DNA of 64,000 nt, taken from Squalus acanthias (taxonomy: Eukaryota). Position 1 is the stretch's first letter, and each line of letters opens with the position of its first letter. The stretch spans positions 37,946,001-38,010,000 of the forward strand of contig CM059432.1 in the NCBI GenBank assembly GCA_030390025.1. Reading direction: 5' to 3'. Positions 23,277 to 36,790 of the stretch are shown here, piece by piece. A program made the translations under genes and the position numbers. The notes under the pieces are model-generated. The model saw only the letters and a program-made list of their open reading frames with translations. It ran no database searches and was not told the origin of the DNA.

Positions 23277-24946
23277 TGTAAGGGATTCCTGACCCTGCGT
23301 GTCTCGCAGCCTGTGAGGTTCACGCGGCTCTGTGCAGCCTGTATGTCAGTGCGGGTCTAGGCCTGGTTGCCTGTTCTGGTCTCCAGCCAGTCTGGGAACA
23401 CTAGACACACCTGTGAGTGGTTCGAATCACTCTCCCTTACGGTTCTAGACACTGGACTTAGATGCGAGAGCAGTAATGGAGATAAAACTCATGTAGACTT
23501 GGTTTGAATGGTACGAAATGGAAAATCTTTATTGCATGATACTTAAAATTATGAAATACATGTCATAAGCACAGATTAATGACAGTACAATCTTACAAAC
23601 AGTTATATAGTCGATCTTAGGGAAACGAGGAACGAACGGCACAAAGTAAATAGGGGCACACATTACAAATATCCTTAATCCTTAAACCCTCCCCTATCAA
23701 TATCTATCCTAAACTAGCTTCGTAGGATCTCGAGACTCATGCTCACCACTCGTGATAACTCGGAGAAATTCCGAATAGCTGATCGGATGTTTTTCACCGC
23801 AGCACCCACGTGTCGGTCAGGAGATCTCCTGGTCCCACTTGTTTACTTGCTTCTGCTGCTCCGGCTAGTAGGCTGGACCGTCTGCTGTGATGAAGATCTC
23901 TGTTGGTTGGTTTCACGTACCAGTCTCCTTAGACACAGTCCCGTTATCGTCGATGCAATATGTTTTGTTAAAAGTTCAAAATAGAAATCTTCCTGGCGAG
24001 GAAAACTTGGCTGATCGACCTACAGGCGCGGTCGGGATTTACTGACCGTGGCGATGGATATGGTCTTCCTCTCTTCTCCTCTCATCTCATCTCATCTCAT
24101 CTCATCTCGGGCCTTTGGTTCCGCTGCCAGTTACCAACATAGGTCTTCGTTACGCGACACGAGGTAGATCCGGACGGATCAGAAAGTTCAACAGTCTTTT
24201 CAGAAGAGGCAACGGGCAAGCAGAAGCCCAACTACGAGTACACAGGAGCAGCCACGAGGTTACGAATCGACCGGATAAAACACAGGAGCAAGCGAGCGAA
24301 TGCAAGAGCAAGAGAGAGAATGGACGGTTTGGAGCCTGCAATTATAGTGCAAAAATCTTCCGTTTCCCGCCCAACTATAATGTCCATTCTTTTGTTTAGG
24401 GTTTGGCGCCCAAATGTCTTGTATGGGTGATCTCCGTTCTTAATGGGTTTCGGGGCTACTCATAAATGTCTGAGTGCCTGTTAATATTTCTCCCATTGTT
24501 AAATCGGTCGGTGTTCTCCCTGGAGGGGTTTGGGGCTTCCAAGTGTCCTGTATAACTACCTGCTAACGGCTCTCTCATCGTAGAGTCGTTGGGATTTACA
24601 TATTAATGTCTTTTGGATGGGCCCTTGATTACTCGGTACAATGGCTTTCCTTTGTACCTGGGAGACCGATTCCAGTATCTATGTTTATACTGCAAACCCA
24701 TAATGTCTCGTGTATTATCTTCACTGTGCTGAATCGTTATCGATCTTGCACAAATGTTTATTGGAACGCCATCTTGTCTGCCTGTTGAAAAGTCTAGAAT
24801 GTTCTGTCACGAGGTGCGGCGGCCATTTTACAGGCTGCTTGTGTCCAATTTAAACCTGCCAGCATTCTGCTGAAATAAAAGCTGTTTGAACGAAACTTTG
24901 TGTTTTCTCCTCATTAATCAAATCGCGATATATTGCGAATTCTACA
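23277..24946 (-). repeat. 5' LTR (1670 bp)
   Basis: TGTAG...TTACA on the minus strand; direct repeat of 15594-17206. Confidence 0.95.
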
Positions 24947-25629
24947 AGGCCCACAATACAGTTGTCACTGTGACGTCCACATTCAGCTCAGAACAGCACC
25001 TACCCCTGTTTTCAGTAGACATAGGTACCAGAGTGTCTACCGGAGTCATAACTGATGGGATACCTGTCTGGCCCGGCAGTGGCCCCTGACATGCCTCCAA
25101 ACTACTGTCAAGATATGGGAGGGCAGGGGAAGAAGCATCTGCACCCCCTTGATTGAAATTTGCTGTGGTCTTGTGAATGGGATGTAAAACTGGTGGATCT
25201 GTGTTCCGGCCTGAATTCCGATGCCTCTGCCTTCACTACAGAAATCCACCCAAGAAGGTGTCGAGTTTGTAGCCTGGTTTATTTATGTCCAAACAGCAGC
25301 TTCCGTCTCTTATCTTTGATGGTTCCACTCCTAGTCCTTCATCTCAACATATTTGGGCCAGTGCCCTTTCTGATCCCAAATGGAACACCCACAGCTTCTC
25401 CATTGCTAAAGCTGCCTCTGACAAGCTTGTTTTCCTCTTTTTTTGCCAAATACTTATTTTTATTAATAGTTTTTAACTCTCCATAAAGTGCAATTTCATC
25501 CAAGACTTGAACCCTTCTCCCAGTACTTGGGAGTACTCTTGCACACTTGGACAGGCTTACTAGAAAATTATTCTATTTTTTTGACTCACCAATGTGCCAG
25601 CATTTGTGGGACGAGTTCTGGAATTTATT

Positions 25630-28600
25630 TTATTTGTTCTTGGGATATGGGCACACGGACGTGACTGCATTTATTGACGATCTCTAGGGGCCTTCTTCTT
25701 GAACCACTGCAGTCCTTGTGGTGATGGTGCTCCCACACTAGTGTTAGGCAGGGAATTCCTCAATATTGACCCAACGATGCTGAAGGAACAGGGATGTCCA
25801 AGTCAGGATGGTAAGTGACTTGGAGTGTAACTTGGAGGTGATGGTGTTCCCATGATATTGCTGCTCTTGTCTTCATTGGTGGTAAGGAGGTGCTGTAGAA
25901 GTAAATGTGGTGAATTGCTGCACTGCATCACATAGATCACATATAATACAGCCACAATGTGCCTGCAATAGAGGGGGTGGATATTGAATTCAGTGGCATG
26001 GGTGCCGATTAAGCGAACTGCTCTGTCCTGAATGTTGTTGAGCATATTGAATGTTTTTGCAGCTGCACCTATGCAGGCTATTTATGAGCATTCTATCACA
26101 TTCCTGACTGAAGCCTTGTAGATAGAATCATAGAATGACACAGCACAACTCTGCGTTTTTTTTCCCTTCAAGTATTTATCCAATTCCCTTTTGAAAGTCA
26201 CTATTGAATCTGCTTCCACCACCCTTTCAGACAGTGCATTCCAGATCACAACTCACTGTGTAAAAAAATGTCTCCTCTTGTCGTCTCTGTTTTTTTGGCC
26301 AATCTTAACTCTGTGTCCTCTGGTTACTGACCCTTCTGCTATTGGAACAGTTTTTCCTTATTTACTCTATCAAAACTGTTTATGATTTTGAACACCTCTA
26401 TCAAATCTCCTCTTAACCTTCACTTCTCTAAGGAGAACAATCCCAGCTTCTCCAGTCTCTCCAAATAGCTGAAGTCCCTCATCCCTGGTACCATTCAGGT
26501 AAATATCCTCTTCACCCTCTGGTGGAGAAGCTTTGAGAGGTCAGGAAGTGAGCCACTTGTCACAAAGTACTCAGCCGCTGCCCTTCTATTTTAGCTATGG
26601 TGTTGATATTGTAAAATTCGCAAATTATCACGATTTCGAAATAACGAGAAAGAGAGATACAGATTCGTTAAAACAGTTTTATTTCAGCAAAATGCTGTCA
26701 GGTTTCAAAACGGACACAAGAAGCCTGTAAAATGGCCGCCGCACCTCGTGGCAGAAGTTTCTAGACTTTTCAGTAGGCAGACAAGATGGCGTTCCAATAA
26801 ACAAGATTGGACAATGCTCAGCATAGATTGATATAAGACAAGACGCGATCGTTTTGCATTTTGACACCTAAGCAAGAATTATAAGTACTGGAATCGGTTC
26901 TCCATGCACAAACGAGGGCTATTGTACTGAGCAATCAAGGGCCCATCCAAAGACATTGATACGCAAATTCCCCGCGGCTCTACGATGAGAGAGCCGTTTG
27001 CGGGTACTCACAGCAAGAATTCGGAGGCCCCCAAAACCCCTCCAGGGAGACTCCTAGCCGGTTCCACAATGGGAGAAATATTAACGGGTACTTAGACAGT
27101 TACAAGTATCACCGAAACCCATTAACGACAAGAACCACCCCATACAAGAAGTTTGAGCGCCAAAACATGACAAAAGATGAACATTAAGATTGGGCGGGAG
27201 ATAAGGAATTACAGTACTATAACTGTAGTGTCCAAACGTCCATCGCTCTCTTATTCTGTCATTCGCTTGGAATCGACTCTTGGCTCTTATCCCGGACGAC
27301 CGTTATTCTCTCTTGTTCCGCTGATCCCTTTTTGGGGTCGACCTCGTGGCGCGCTGCGAAATCGGGTGCACCATCCCGAAGGTCGGTAAACGGTGTCTGG
27401 ACCCGAAGGCCCGAGGAGATGAGATGAGATGAGAAGAGAAGAAGAAGAATCCACGTGCCGCCGCGGTCAGTAAACCCCGACCGCGCCCGTAAATATAAAG
27501 ACCATTTTTGAACTCTACAGGTTACTGCATGAACTGGTCAAAGACTCTTCTTTGAATTCTACCGGCTAACTGGTGTCGGTCCAGAAAGACTTTTCTTTGA
27601 GTTCTACAGCCGGGCCCGAGCACTGTCGAGTTCTTCATGACAACGGGGAGCCCAGCCTGCTTGCAGCAGCAGAGAAAATAAACAAGTGGGGTACAGAGAC
27701 CCCTGGTCAACACGTGAACGGTCAGGTGTTGCAGCGAAAACAGCCGAGCACCGTTTTAGAATTCTCCGAGGTATTACGAGTGGTGAGCATGTTTCTAGAT
27801 CCTACAGATCTAGATTAGAGCAGGCATTGATAGGGGAGGGGGGTTTATTAAGGATAATTATAATGTGTGTCCCCTTTTTCGATGTGTCGTGTGCTCCTCG
27901 TTTCCCTAAACCTAGTTTAATAAACGTATGTAAGCTTGTACTGTCATTAATCTGTGCTCATGACATGTATTTCGTAATTCTGAACAATATGCAATAAAGA
28001 TTTCCATTTCGTACTATTCAACCGGGTCTACCTGAGTTTTCTCTGCATTACTGCTCTCGCACCTAAGTCCAGTTTCAGAACCGTAAGGGCGAGTGGGTCG
28101 AACCACTCACAGGTGTTTAGTGCTACAAGGCTGGCTGGAGACCAGAGCAAGCAATAGTATTAGGCAACAAAGGCCTAACCCCGCACAAGCACCCTGAACC
28201 GTAACCCCTTACAATATGGCTGATCCTGTTAAGCTTTTATTCAATGGTGGTCCCCAATATGCTGATAGTGGAGATCTCAGTAATAGTGGTGCCATTGAGT
28301 GACAGGATAGATGACTGGGCTTTCTTCTGTTCAAGAGGATCATTACTTGGAATTTATTTAGTGTGAATGTTATTTGCCATTTGTTAGTTCAAGCCTAGGT
28401 GTTGTCTTGGTCCTGCTGGAGGCTGACATGGGCTGCTTCATCATCAGTGGAGTTTAAATGGAGCTGAACACTAAAATTGTCAGTGGATCAGCCCCTTTCC
28501 TGATCTTATGACAGAGCTGAAGATGATTGGGCCGAGATCTTCAGCAGTGATGTCCTGGGACTGCGATGGTTGGCCTCTGATAACCATAACCATCTTCTTT

Positions 28601-28850
28601 TGCTTTGGGTGTGACCTCAGCCAACCCTTTGGCTCCCATGGACCTCAGTTTTTATTAGGGTTGCTTGGTGCTGCTTTGATGTCAAGAGCACCTCTCACCT
28701 CTCCTCTGGCCTTCATCTCTTGCGCCCATGTCTGGATGAGGCTGTGATGAGGTCTGGAGCTGAGTGGTTCTGATGGAAGCTGAACTGAGCATCAGTAAGC
28801 AGATTATTGGTGAGCAGGAATTGCTTGATGGCACTATTGATGATTCTTAC
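25630..28850 (-). mobile_element. Degraded non-LTR retrotransposon, interrupted by a CR1 3' fragment (~26122-26520) and the solo LTR
   Basis: RT-like IKQFLLTNNLLTDAQFSFHQNHSAPDLIT; LNNIQDRAVRLIG; sequence reads continuously across the solo-LTR TSD. Confidence 0.6.
26610..28213 (+). mobile_element. Solo LTR of a diverged subfamily of the same retrovirus
   Basis: TGTAAAATTCG...CCCCTTACA, colinear with the proviral LTRs; 4-bp TSD ATAT at 26606-26609 and 28214-28217. Confidence 0.92.
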
Positions 28851-29394
28851 AAACTGTAAGATGTAAGCATGGTTGCTTATCACAAAATAAATCTCAATTA
28901 CCACATTAGTGTTAGGATGAGTACACTTCGGGAGACTGAAATTCTTGTCTTTGCTAATTTTAACAAAAAAAGTAGACATGAGTAAACAGTAAATTAAAGT
29001 TTATAATATCAAATAATTGAATCCATAATTCCCTCTAGCTATCACAGGGTTCAGGGGCTTATAGGAGCTAAATACCACTTTTGATTCAAGCCAACTTCTT
29101 CAAATTTAGTGACAATAGGAACTTCAGCTCCCTAGGAAAGCTCAACAAACAATGACAAGTATTTGGAGCACACAGGTACACACAGCTGGAGTAATATTAT
29201 TATAAACAAGAATATTTGTGCTTTCATCGTACAAGAAGGGTGAAACGCTCATGAAGTAGTACATCTTAAGATTTAGTAGACTGCCACAGGAACAAATCTT
29301 ACCTAATTCATTCTATTCATGTTTAATCAAAAACGTGTTTGCCACAAAATTCAATTCCATTTTCTTGAGTCTTAGGGATTAGTGTCATGCTAAT

Positions 29395-30190
29395 TGTCTT
29401 CTTCTCTTCTTAGGCAGTCCCTCAGAACCGAGGATGACTTGCTTCCACACTAAAAATGAGTTCTCAGGTGACTGATGAGTCCAATGCGGGACCTACAGTC
29501 TCTGTCACAGGTGGGGCAGACGGTGGTTGAAGGGGCATGTGGGTGGGGTGCTTGGGTTGACGTGCGCTCCTTCCGCTGTTTGCGCTTGGCTTCCGTTTGC
29601 TCCCGGCGAAGAGACTCGAGGTATTCGGCGCCTTCCCAGATGCTTCTCCTCCACTTTGTGCGGTATTGGGCCAGGGATTCCCAGGTGTCGGTGGGGATGT
29701 TGCACTTTTTCAAAGAGGCTTTGAGGGTGTCCTTGAAGCATTTCCTCTGCCCACCTGGGGCTCTCTTGCCGTGTCGGAGCTCCGAGTAGAGCGCTTGCTT
29801 TGGGAGTTTCGTATCGGGCATGCGGACGATGTGGCCCGTCCATCGGAGCTGATCGAGCTCGGTCAAAGCTTCGATGCTGGGGATGTTGGCCTGAGCGAGA
29901 ACACTGACGTTGGTGCGCCTATCCTGCCAATGGATTTGCAGGATCTTGCGGAGGCAGCGTTGGTGGTACCTCTCCAGGGCTTTGAGGTGCCTGCTGTACA
30001 TGGTCCATGTCTCTGAAGCATACAGGAGGGTGGGTATCACTACTGCTCTGTAGACCATGAGCTTGGTGCTGGGTTTGAGGTCCTGGTCTTCAAACACTCT
30101 CTTCCTCAGGTGACTGAAGGCTGCACTGGCACACTGAATGCGGTGTGGACTTCGTCATCGACGTCTGCCCTTGTTGACAGTAGGCTCTCG
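29395..30190 (-). mobile_element. RTE (BovB-like) LINE, 5'-truncated
   Basis: 215-aa ORF with KLMVYRAVVIPTLLYASETWT...RWTGHIVRM...CPTCDRDCRSRIGLISHLRTH; short GAA-repeat tail. Confidence 0.88.
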
Positions 30191-31399
30191 TATGATCATG
30201 TTGTAAGTTTGCTTTTCTCTGCAATATTGTTTTTGAATTATGTTATGTAATACTTTTTCACTTGCTGAGGGTGGAAAAATTGTGCTAGCTGTGTTGTTCT
30301 TATATTGTTGGTAAAGTTCCCAATAATCCAGAAAGAAAAAATAACCAGATTCTTATGATTTTAAACAACTTTATATATAGTAGTGTTCAGCAACTCCTAC
30401 TGATTTACAAACTCCACATTGTAGACTTTCTGACTTGTTGGGTTGGATTTACACAGGATTACATTACACAGGATATACGGCACAGAAACAGGCCATTCGG
30501 CCCAACCAGTCCATGCCGGCGTTTATGCTCCACTCAAGCCACCTCCCGTCTTTCCTCATCTAACTCTATTTGCCTATGAATTACAACCTATTTTCTGCCA
30601 ATTGTAGGGCTAGAAATGGAGTAAAATGGGGTGGTAATGCCTAATATTTCAAAACTACTGGTCTAAAATGGCACCAGAAATAGCCTCCCAAAAATCGTGA
30701 GTGTCCTTTAAGGCCCATCAGGAGCCTGTCTTGCTGCATTTAAATGGGTCATGTAGGCATTTCCACTGCGAACTCGCACCAAATTATTACCACCATTATA
30801 TAATTAGATTTATGAGCACCGATAAGGTATGCCTGAGGCAGATACTGCATTAAAGAAGCCATTTTGGAGCTGAGGGTCATCCTCCACTAAAGAACAGCAC
30901 CAGAGTGGCCTGCATGGAGGTGGGTAAAAGAGTCAATGCTGTGTCACCTGTGCACAAAACGTGGGAACAGATAAGGAAAAATTTGCCCGTGTCAGGAAGG
31001 ATGTCAAGGTAATTTTTATTCTTATTTAGTTTAATTTTATATTGTTGCGTTCAAGACACCAATTGAAATTCATGGCGACAGTACAGAAGCAGAATACACA
31101 GAACTCTGGCAACGACGAACAGACGGAATTGATGGACAGGAAAGACCAGCTGGTCCATCAAGCCTGCCTCACACCATGATGGCTGGAGCATCATGACTAA
31201 CACTTCTTCCCTCCCCCTGCACCTCCCACCCACCTCCACAGCCATGTAATCTCCTGGGAGAGGCAAAAAAAGAGAAAAAAAACCCAGGGCCAATAAGGGA
31301 AAAAATACTCAGGAAAATTCCTCTCCGACCCCATAAGGCAATCAAAACCAATCCAGGAGATCCCATGGACCAAGTGTTACCTACACGAACACTTACCTT

Positions 31400-32765
31400 C
31401 TATATCTAATTTGATCGAGTTTTTTGATGAGATAACAGAAAGGGCTGATGAGGACAATGCAGTTGACGTGTTGTATATGGATTTCCAAAAGGTGTTTGAT
31501 AAAGTACCACGTAATAGGCTTGCCAGCTAAGTTGAAGCCCATGGAATAAAAGGGACAGTGGCAGCATGGATACGGAATTGGGTAAGTGATAGAAAATAGA
31601 GAGTAGTGGTGAACGGTTGTTTTTCGGACTGGAGAAAAGAAAGAAAGACTTGCATTTATATAGCGCCTTTCATGATCACCGGATGTCTCAAAGTGCTTTA
31701 TAGCCAATGAAGTACTTTTGGAGTGTAGTCACTGTTGTAATGAGGGAGGTATACAGTGGTGTTCCCCAGGGGTCGGAACTAGGACCACTGCTTTTCTTGA
31801 TATATATTAATGACTTTGACTTAGGAGTACAGGGCACAATTTCAAAATTTGCAGATGACACAAAACTTGGAAGTACAGTGAACAGTGAGGAGGATAGTGA
31901 TAGACTTGAAGAAGACATAGGCAGGCTGGTGAAATGGGTGGACACGTGGTAGATTAAATTTAATGCAGAAAACTGCGAAGTGATACATTTTGGCAGAAAG
32001 AACGAGGAGAGGCAATATAAACTAAAGGGTACAATCCTAAAGGGGGTGCATGAACAGAGAGACCTGGGGGTATATGTGCACAAATCGTTAAAGGTGGCAG
32101 GGCAGGTTGAGAAAGCGGTTAAAAAAGCATACGGGATACTGGGCTTCATAAATCGAGGCATAGAGTACAAAAGCAAGGAAGTTATGATGATCCTTTATAA
32201 AACACTGGTTCGGCCTCAACTGGAGTATTGTGTCCAATTCTGAGCTCCGTACTTTAGGAAGGATGTGAAGGCCTTAGAGAGGGTGCAGAAAAGATTAATG
32301 AGAATGATTCCAGGGATGAGGGACTTCAGTTACGTGGATAGATTAGAGAAGCTGGGGTTGTTCTTCTTAGAGCAGAGAAGATTGAGAGGAGATTTGATAG
32401 AGGTATTCAAAATCATGAGCGGTCTAGACAGAGTAGATAGAGAGAAACTGTTCCCATTGGCGGAGGGGTCGAGAACCAGAGGACACAGATTTAAGGTGAT
32501 TGGCAAAAGAACCAAAGGCGACATGAGGAAAAACTTTTTTACACTGCGAGTGGTTAAGATCTGGAATGCACTGCCTGAAAGGGTGATGGAGGCAGATTCA
32601 AGTGTGGCTTTCAAAAGGGAATTGAATAAGTACCTGAAGGAAAAAAATTTGCAGGACTACAGGGAAAGGGCAGGGGAGTGGGACTAGCTGAAGTGCTCTT
32701 GCAGAGAGCCGGCACGGGCTCGACGGGCTGAATGGCCTCCTTCTGTGTTGAAACCATTCTATGAT
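31400..32765 (+). mobile_element. CR1 LINE 3' portion, with a small L2-tail insert at ~31640-31740
   Basis: [37 protein letters not shown]1 tail. Confidence 0.88.
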
Positions 32766-33052
32766 ATGATGCGATCTCTGCACCAGTCAAGAACCAGTCC
32801 AGCTCCCTCTTGAAGGCGTACAGAGAGTCAGCACCCACCACACCAGCAGGCAATATATTCCAGAGGCTCACTACTCTCTGAGAAAAGGAGAACTGCCTAA
32901 CATCCAGTCTGTTCCTACTCTTACGTGTCCCCTGGTCCTCTCTAATCTGTTAAACTGGAATAATCTATCAATAGGGACACTATCCAGCCCTTTAATTATT
33001 TTATAGACCTCTATCAGGTCACCTCTAAGTCTACGCTGCTCTAAAGTATATA

Positions 33053-33148
33053 TGATGTGGAGATGCCGGTGTTGGACTGGGGTGGACAAATGTGAGAAGT
33101 CGCACAACACCAGGTTATAGTCCAACAGCTTTATTTGAAATCACAAGT
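33053..33148. mobile_element. Penelope-like terminal fragment
   Basis: Near-identical to 1964-2060; AAGTATATA repeated at the junctions. Confidence 0.75.
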
Positions 33149-33294
33149 ATATAGACCAAGGTTCTTGAGGCTAACTGCTTATGTGCTTTCCAAATGTATA
33201 GGCATGCTCATGCTTTACCAGGACATACTGTATTGTTGCCATGACAATGTATTTGCCTTGTGGCCCATTACACGTGTTAAGGAACAAACACTAA

Positions 33295-33942
33295 GGGCTG
33301 GATTTTGATACTGGGGTGGGTTGGGGTCGTGTCATCCACTTTTCGTGTTATCCACCCGACTGCAATTGGATGTGAGAGATTGATGCAATTTTCACCTAGT
33401 TGGGCAATTGAGTTCCAGCATGTGGGAACCCATGACCCAATTAGTGTTTTCAGTCTGAAAGTCGCCTCTGATGATGTCATCATTGCTGCTGCATTGAAGG
33501 TCTTCAAAGACTGCCTGGCCTTTGCTGTGAGAGGACCTGCAAAATGAGCAGCAGCAGTCCTAAGTCTGCTCCCAGATATTTTTACACCACCACTCCCAGA
33601 TATGTCTCCTCTCTAGCCAGCCTCAACTATCCATATCCAAAAGTGCTCCCGCCAGGTTTCACAATCGTGGTTCAGAACAGGCGTGCTTCACGTAGAACAA
33701 GGGTTAAAATCACAAAAGCCTTTCAAAATGGCATTATAGAGCCAATTTAGTGCTTATTAAGGGCCTTAACAGCCTATCCCACCTCTTAAAGGCGGGACGC
33801 AGTCGGGACCAACAGACACGATTTAATGAAAATTGCGTGGAGGCGGGATGGAGGAGGACTTGTGCCCACCCGCCAGTTTTCGCAATTTTAACCCCCCACA
33901 CGCCTCCAAACCCGCCTCCACGGGTCAATGGAAATCCAGCCC
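33295..33942. mobile_element. Harbinger-type MITE
   Basis: TIR GGGCTGGATTT at both ends; TAA TSD. Confidence 0.85.
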
Positions 33943-34922
33943 TAAGATTCCGCCAGCACTCAGTATCTGCATGGCGGAACTGGCTCAAGCGGCTGAATAG
34001 CCTCCCCTGTTCCTATGTTCACAGATTCACATAAGATGACTGTTGGCCTGAACAATTTAGTGTCACATATTCTCACAAATTCTTCTTTCCAAAATATACT
34101 TTTCCATCTGCTTGCAGGAGAAGGCCACACATATCATGCAGCAGTGCCTGAAGCCTGGAGGGTGAGTCACCCAACTCCTTAAAAGGAGATCCTGGGCAAT
34201 CGAGAGAGGCTTCTCCTAAACTCATGTCTGATATTATCCTTTGCTTTACATTCTTCATATCCTTACTCACGCAGACCTTCATCTCCTCCCACACAAACAT
34301 CTTACCATCTAAGCCATTTTTCAAGGATTTCTTATTGACAGCATTTTAAAATTTCTTCTTCTTCTGTTCCTGTAGAGGAGGAGATTCCAGGGCCCAATGC
34401 GTGACCTCAAGCAAGCACCTCACAGCATTCTGTGGCAATCATTCCTACAGTGGCAACCACCATCACAAATACATACACACCATTGCAGGAGGGAGTACTC
34501 ACTGAAGCACAAAGCATGCGTGAGGAGGAGGAGGAAGTGCAGGTGGAAATGGAACAGCTGCAACTTACTGGACAGAGGGGCATCTTGGGGGCATCAGCAG
34601 CTGCTGAACCCAGGGCTTTGGATCTGATAGGGCCTGACTACCAACATAGTTTGATTGCTCAACATTAGCAGTTCATGCAGCCATTTGCTAATTTGCCAGT
34701 TTGGACCTATGCAGGAGTGCACAACCCGCATCTGGAGAATGGTGCTTGATCACCTGATCGAGCTGCAGACCACCATGAGATGTACAGCCACTCCAGGACT
34801 CTACAGCGAGACACCCTTGGTCAAGGTGACCCATAGCTTCCTTAACCAGTGCTGAGGTTTTAGAGACCTTGGGTTCCAATCTACATCAGTCTGTCTTCTC
34901 TGCATTCACGATGTTGGAGAAC

Positions 34923-35180
34923 CAGATCAAACTGTCAGGACGGAGAGTGAAGAGACTCAGATCAAACTGTCACAGGGCAGAGTGAAGAGACTCAGATCAA
35001 ACTGTCAGGATGGAGTGAAGAGACTCAGATCAAACTGTCACAGGACGGAGAGTGAAGAGACTCAGAGCAAACTGTCAGGACGGAGTGAAGAGACTCAGAT
35101 CAAACTGTCACAGGACGGAGTGAGGAGACTCAGATCAAACTGTCAGGACGGAGTGAAGAGACTCAGATCAAACTGTCACA
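34923..35180. repeat. Minisatellite, about 7 copies of a 35-39-bp unit
   Basis: Variants of CAGATCAAACTGTCA(CA)GGACGGAGTGAAGAGACT, just upstream of CR1 ORF1. Confidence 0.9.
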
Positions 35181-36484
35181 GAAGTGTATTGTTTTAATTT
35201 AAATTAATTAAAGGGTAAATAATATTAATAAATTTAATTAATTACATAGAATGGGAGAGCAGGTGATGTGTTACTGCTGCAATATGTGGGAGCTGGTGGA
35301 CACCATTGATGTTCACGGTGATCACATTTGCAGTAAGTGTTGGCTGCTCGAGGAACTCCGGCTCCGTGTTGATGAGCTGGAGTCCGAGCTTCAAACACTG
35401 CGACACATCAGGGAGGGGGAGAGTTACCTGGACTCTGTGTTCCAGGAGGTAGTCACACCAATTAGATTAACTAATTCAGATGTAGCCCGTGATCAGGGAC
35501 AGGAGGGTGTGACTACGAGTGAGGCAGGTACGGGGATCCAGGAGGTAGTGTTGGAGGAGCCGCAGCCCTTGCTCTTGTCCAACAGGTTTGAGGTTCTTAC
35601 TCCCTGTGAGGACGGGAGCAGGGACTGCAGGGAGGATGAGCAACCTGGCCACAGCACCATGGAACGGGGGGCCATTCAAGAGGGGGGAGTAAATAGAAAT
35701 GTTGTAGTGGTAGGGGATAGTATCATTAAGGGGATAGATAGGGTTCTTTGCAGCTGAGAGCGAGAGTCCCAAAGGCTGTGTTGCCTGCCCGGTGCCAGGG
35801 TTAAGGACATCTCCTCTGGGCTGGAGAGAAACTTGGAGTGGGAGGGGGAAGATCCAGTTATCGTGGTCCATGTTGGTACCAATGACATAGATAGGACAAG
35901 GAATGAGGTTCTGCTGAGGGAGTATGAGCAGCTAGGGGCCAAATTAAAAAACAGAACCTCTAGGGTAGTAATCTCTGGATTACTACCTGAGCCACGAGCA
36001 AATTTGGCTAGGGTAAATAAAATCAGAGAGTTAAATGCGTGGCTCAAAGACTGGTGTGGGAGAAATGGGTTTTGCTTCCTGGGACACTGGCACCAGTACT
36101 GGGACAGGAGAGAGCTGTTCCGTTGGGACGGACTTCACTTGGCCAGTGCTGGGACTAGAGTCCTGGCGAATCGAATAACTAGGGCTGTAGAGAGGGCTTT
36201 AAACTAATTAGTGGGGGGGAGGTTTCAAGAGAGCAAAAAATAAAAATGTCAGCGGAGAAGGCAATAGAGCAAAGTAGCAGTGGGATAATTAAAAACCAGA
36301 GCGTGTCAGGAAGGGACAGAATATATAAAGATAAAGGTAAAGTAGTAAAGGGGGTAAAAGCAGGAATAAATTGTCACAAAACATATTTAAAAGTTCTTTA
36401 TCTGAATGCACGCAGCATTCGTAACAAAATAGATGAGTTGACGGTACAAATAACTACGTATGGGTATGATCTTGTGGCCATTAC

Positions 36485-36790
36485 AGAAAACATAGAAACA
36501 TAGAAACATAGAAACATAGAATCTAGGAGCAGGAGTAGGCCATTCGGCCCGTCGAGCCTGCTCCACCATTCAATACGATCATGGCTGATCATTCAAATCC
36601 AGTACCCTGTCCCTGCTTTAATCCCCACAGTACACATATCCCACCCTACCCCCGTAACCCCACGTATTTAATTCCCCCTAACATATCCCATCCTATCCCC
36701 ATAACCCCACATATTTAATCCCCCCCTAACACTAAGGGTCAATTTATCATAGCCAAATCAACCTAACCCGCACATTTTTGGACTTTTTTT
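36485..36790 (-). mobile_element. HE1/V-SINE-like fragment with CR1 tail, inserted in the CR1 endonuclease domain
   Basis: (AGAAACAT)n tail; GGGCCGAATGGCCT 3' motif; GGTTAGGTTGATTTGGCTATGATAAATTGACCCTTAGTGT core. Confidence 0.65.

Larger units (their letters stand above)
15594..24946 (-). mobile_element. Endogenous retrovirus (lokiretrovirus-like), pol-deleted provirus: LTR-PBS-gag-(stop)-ORF2-env-PPT-LTR
   Basis: Two ~1.6-kb TGTAG...TTACA LTRs, PBS, PPT and three open ORFs; homologous to the pol-bearing copy at 58434-64000. Confidence 0.92.

Noticed and set aside
23739..24788. Short ORFs inside the LTRs as accessory genes
   Set aside because: Frames and lengths differ between the two LTRs and the solo LTR; no domain features.
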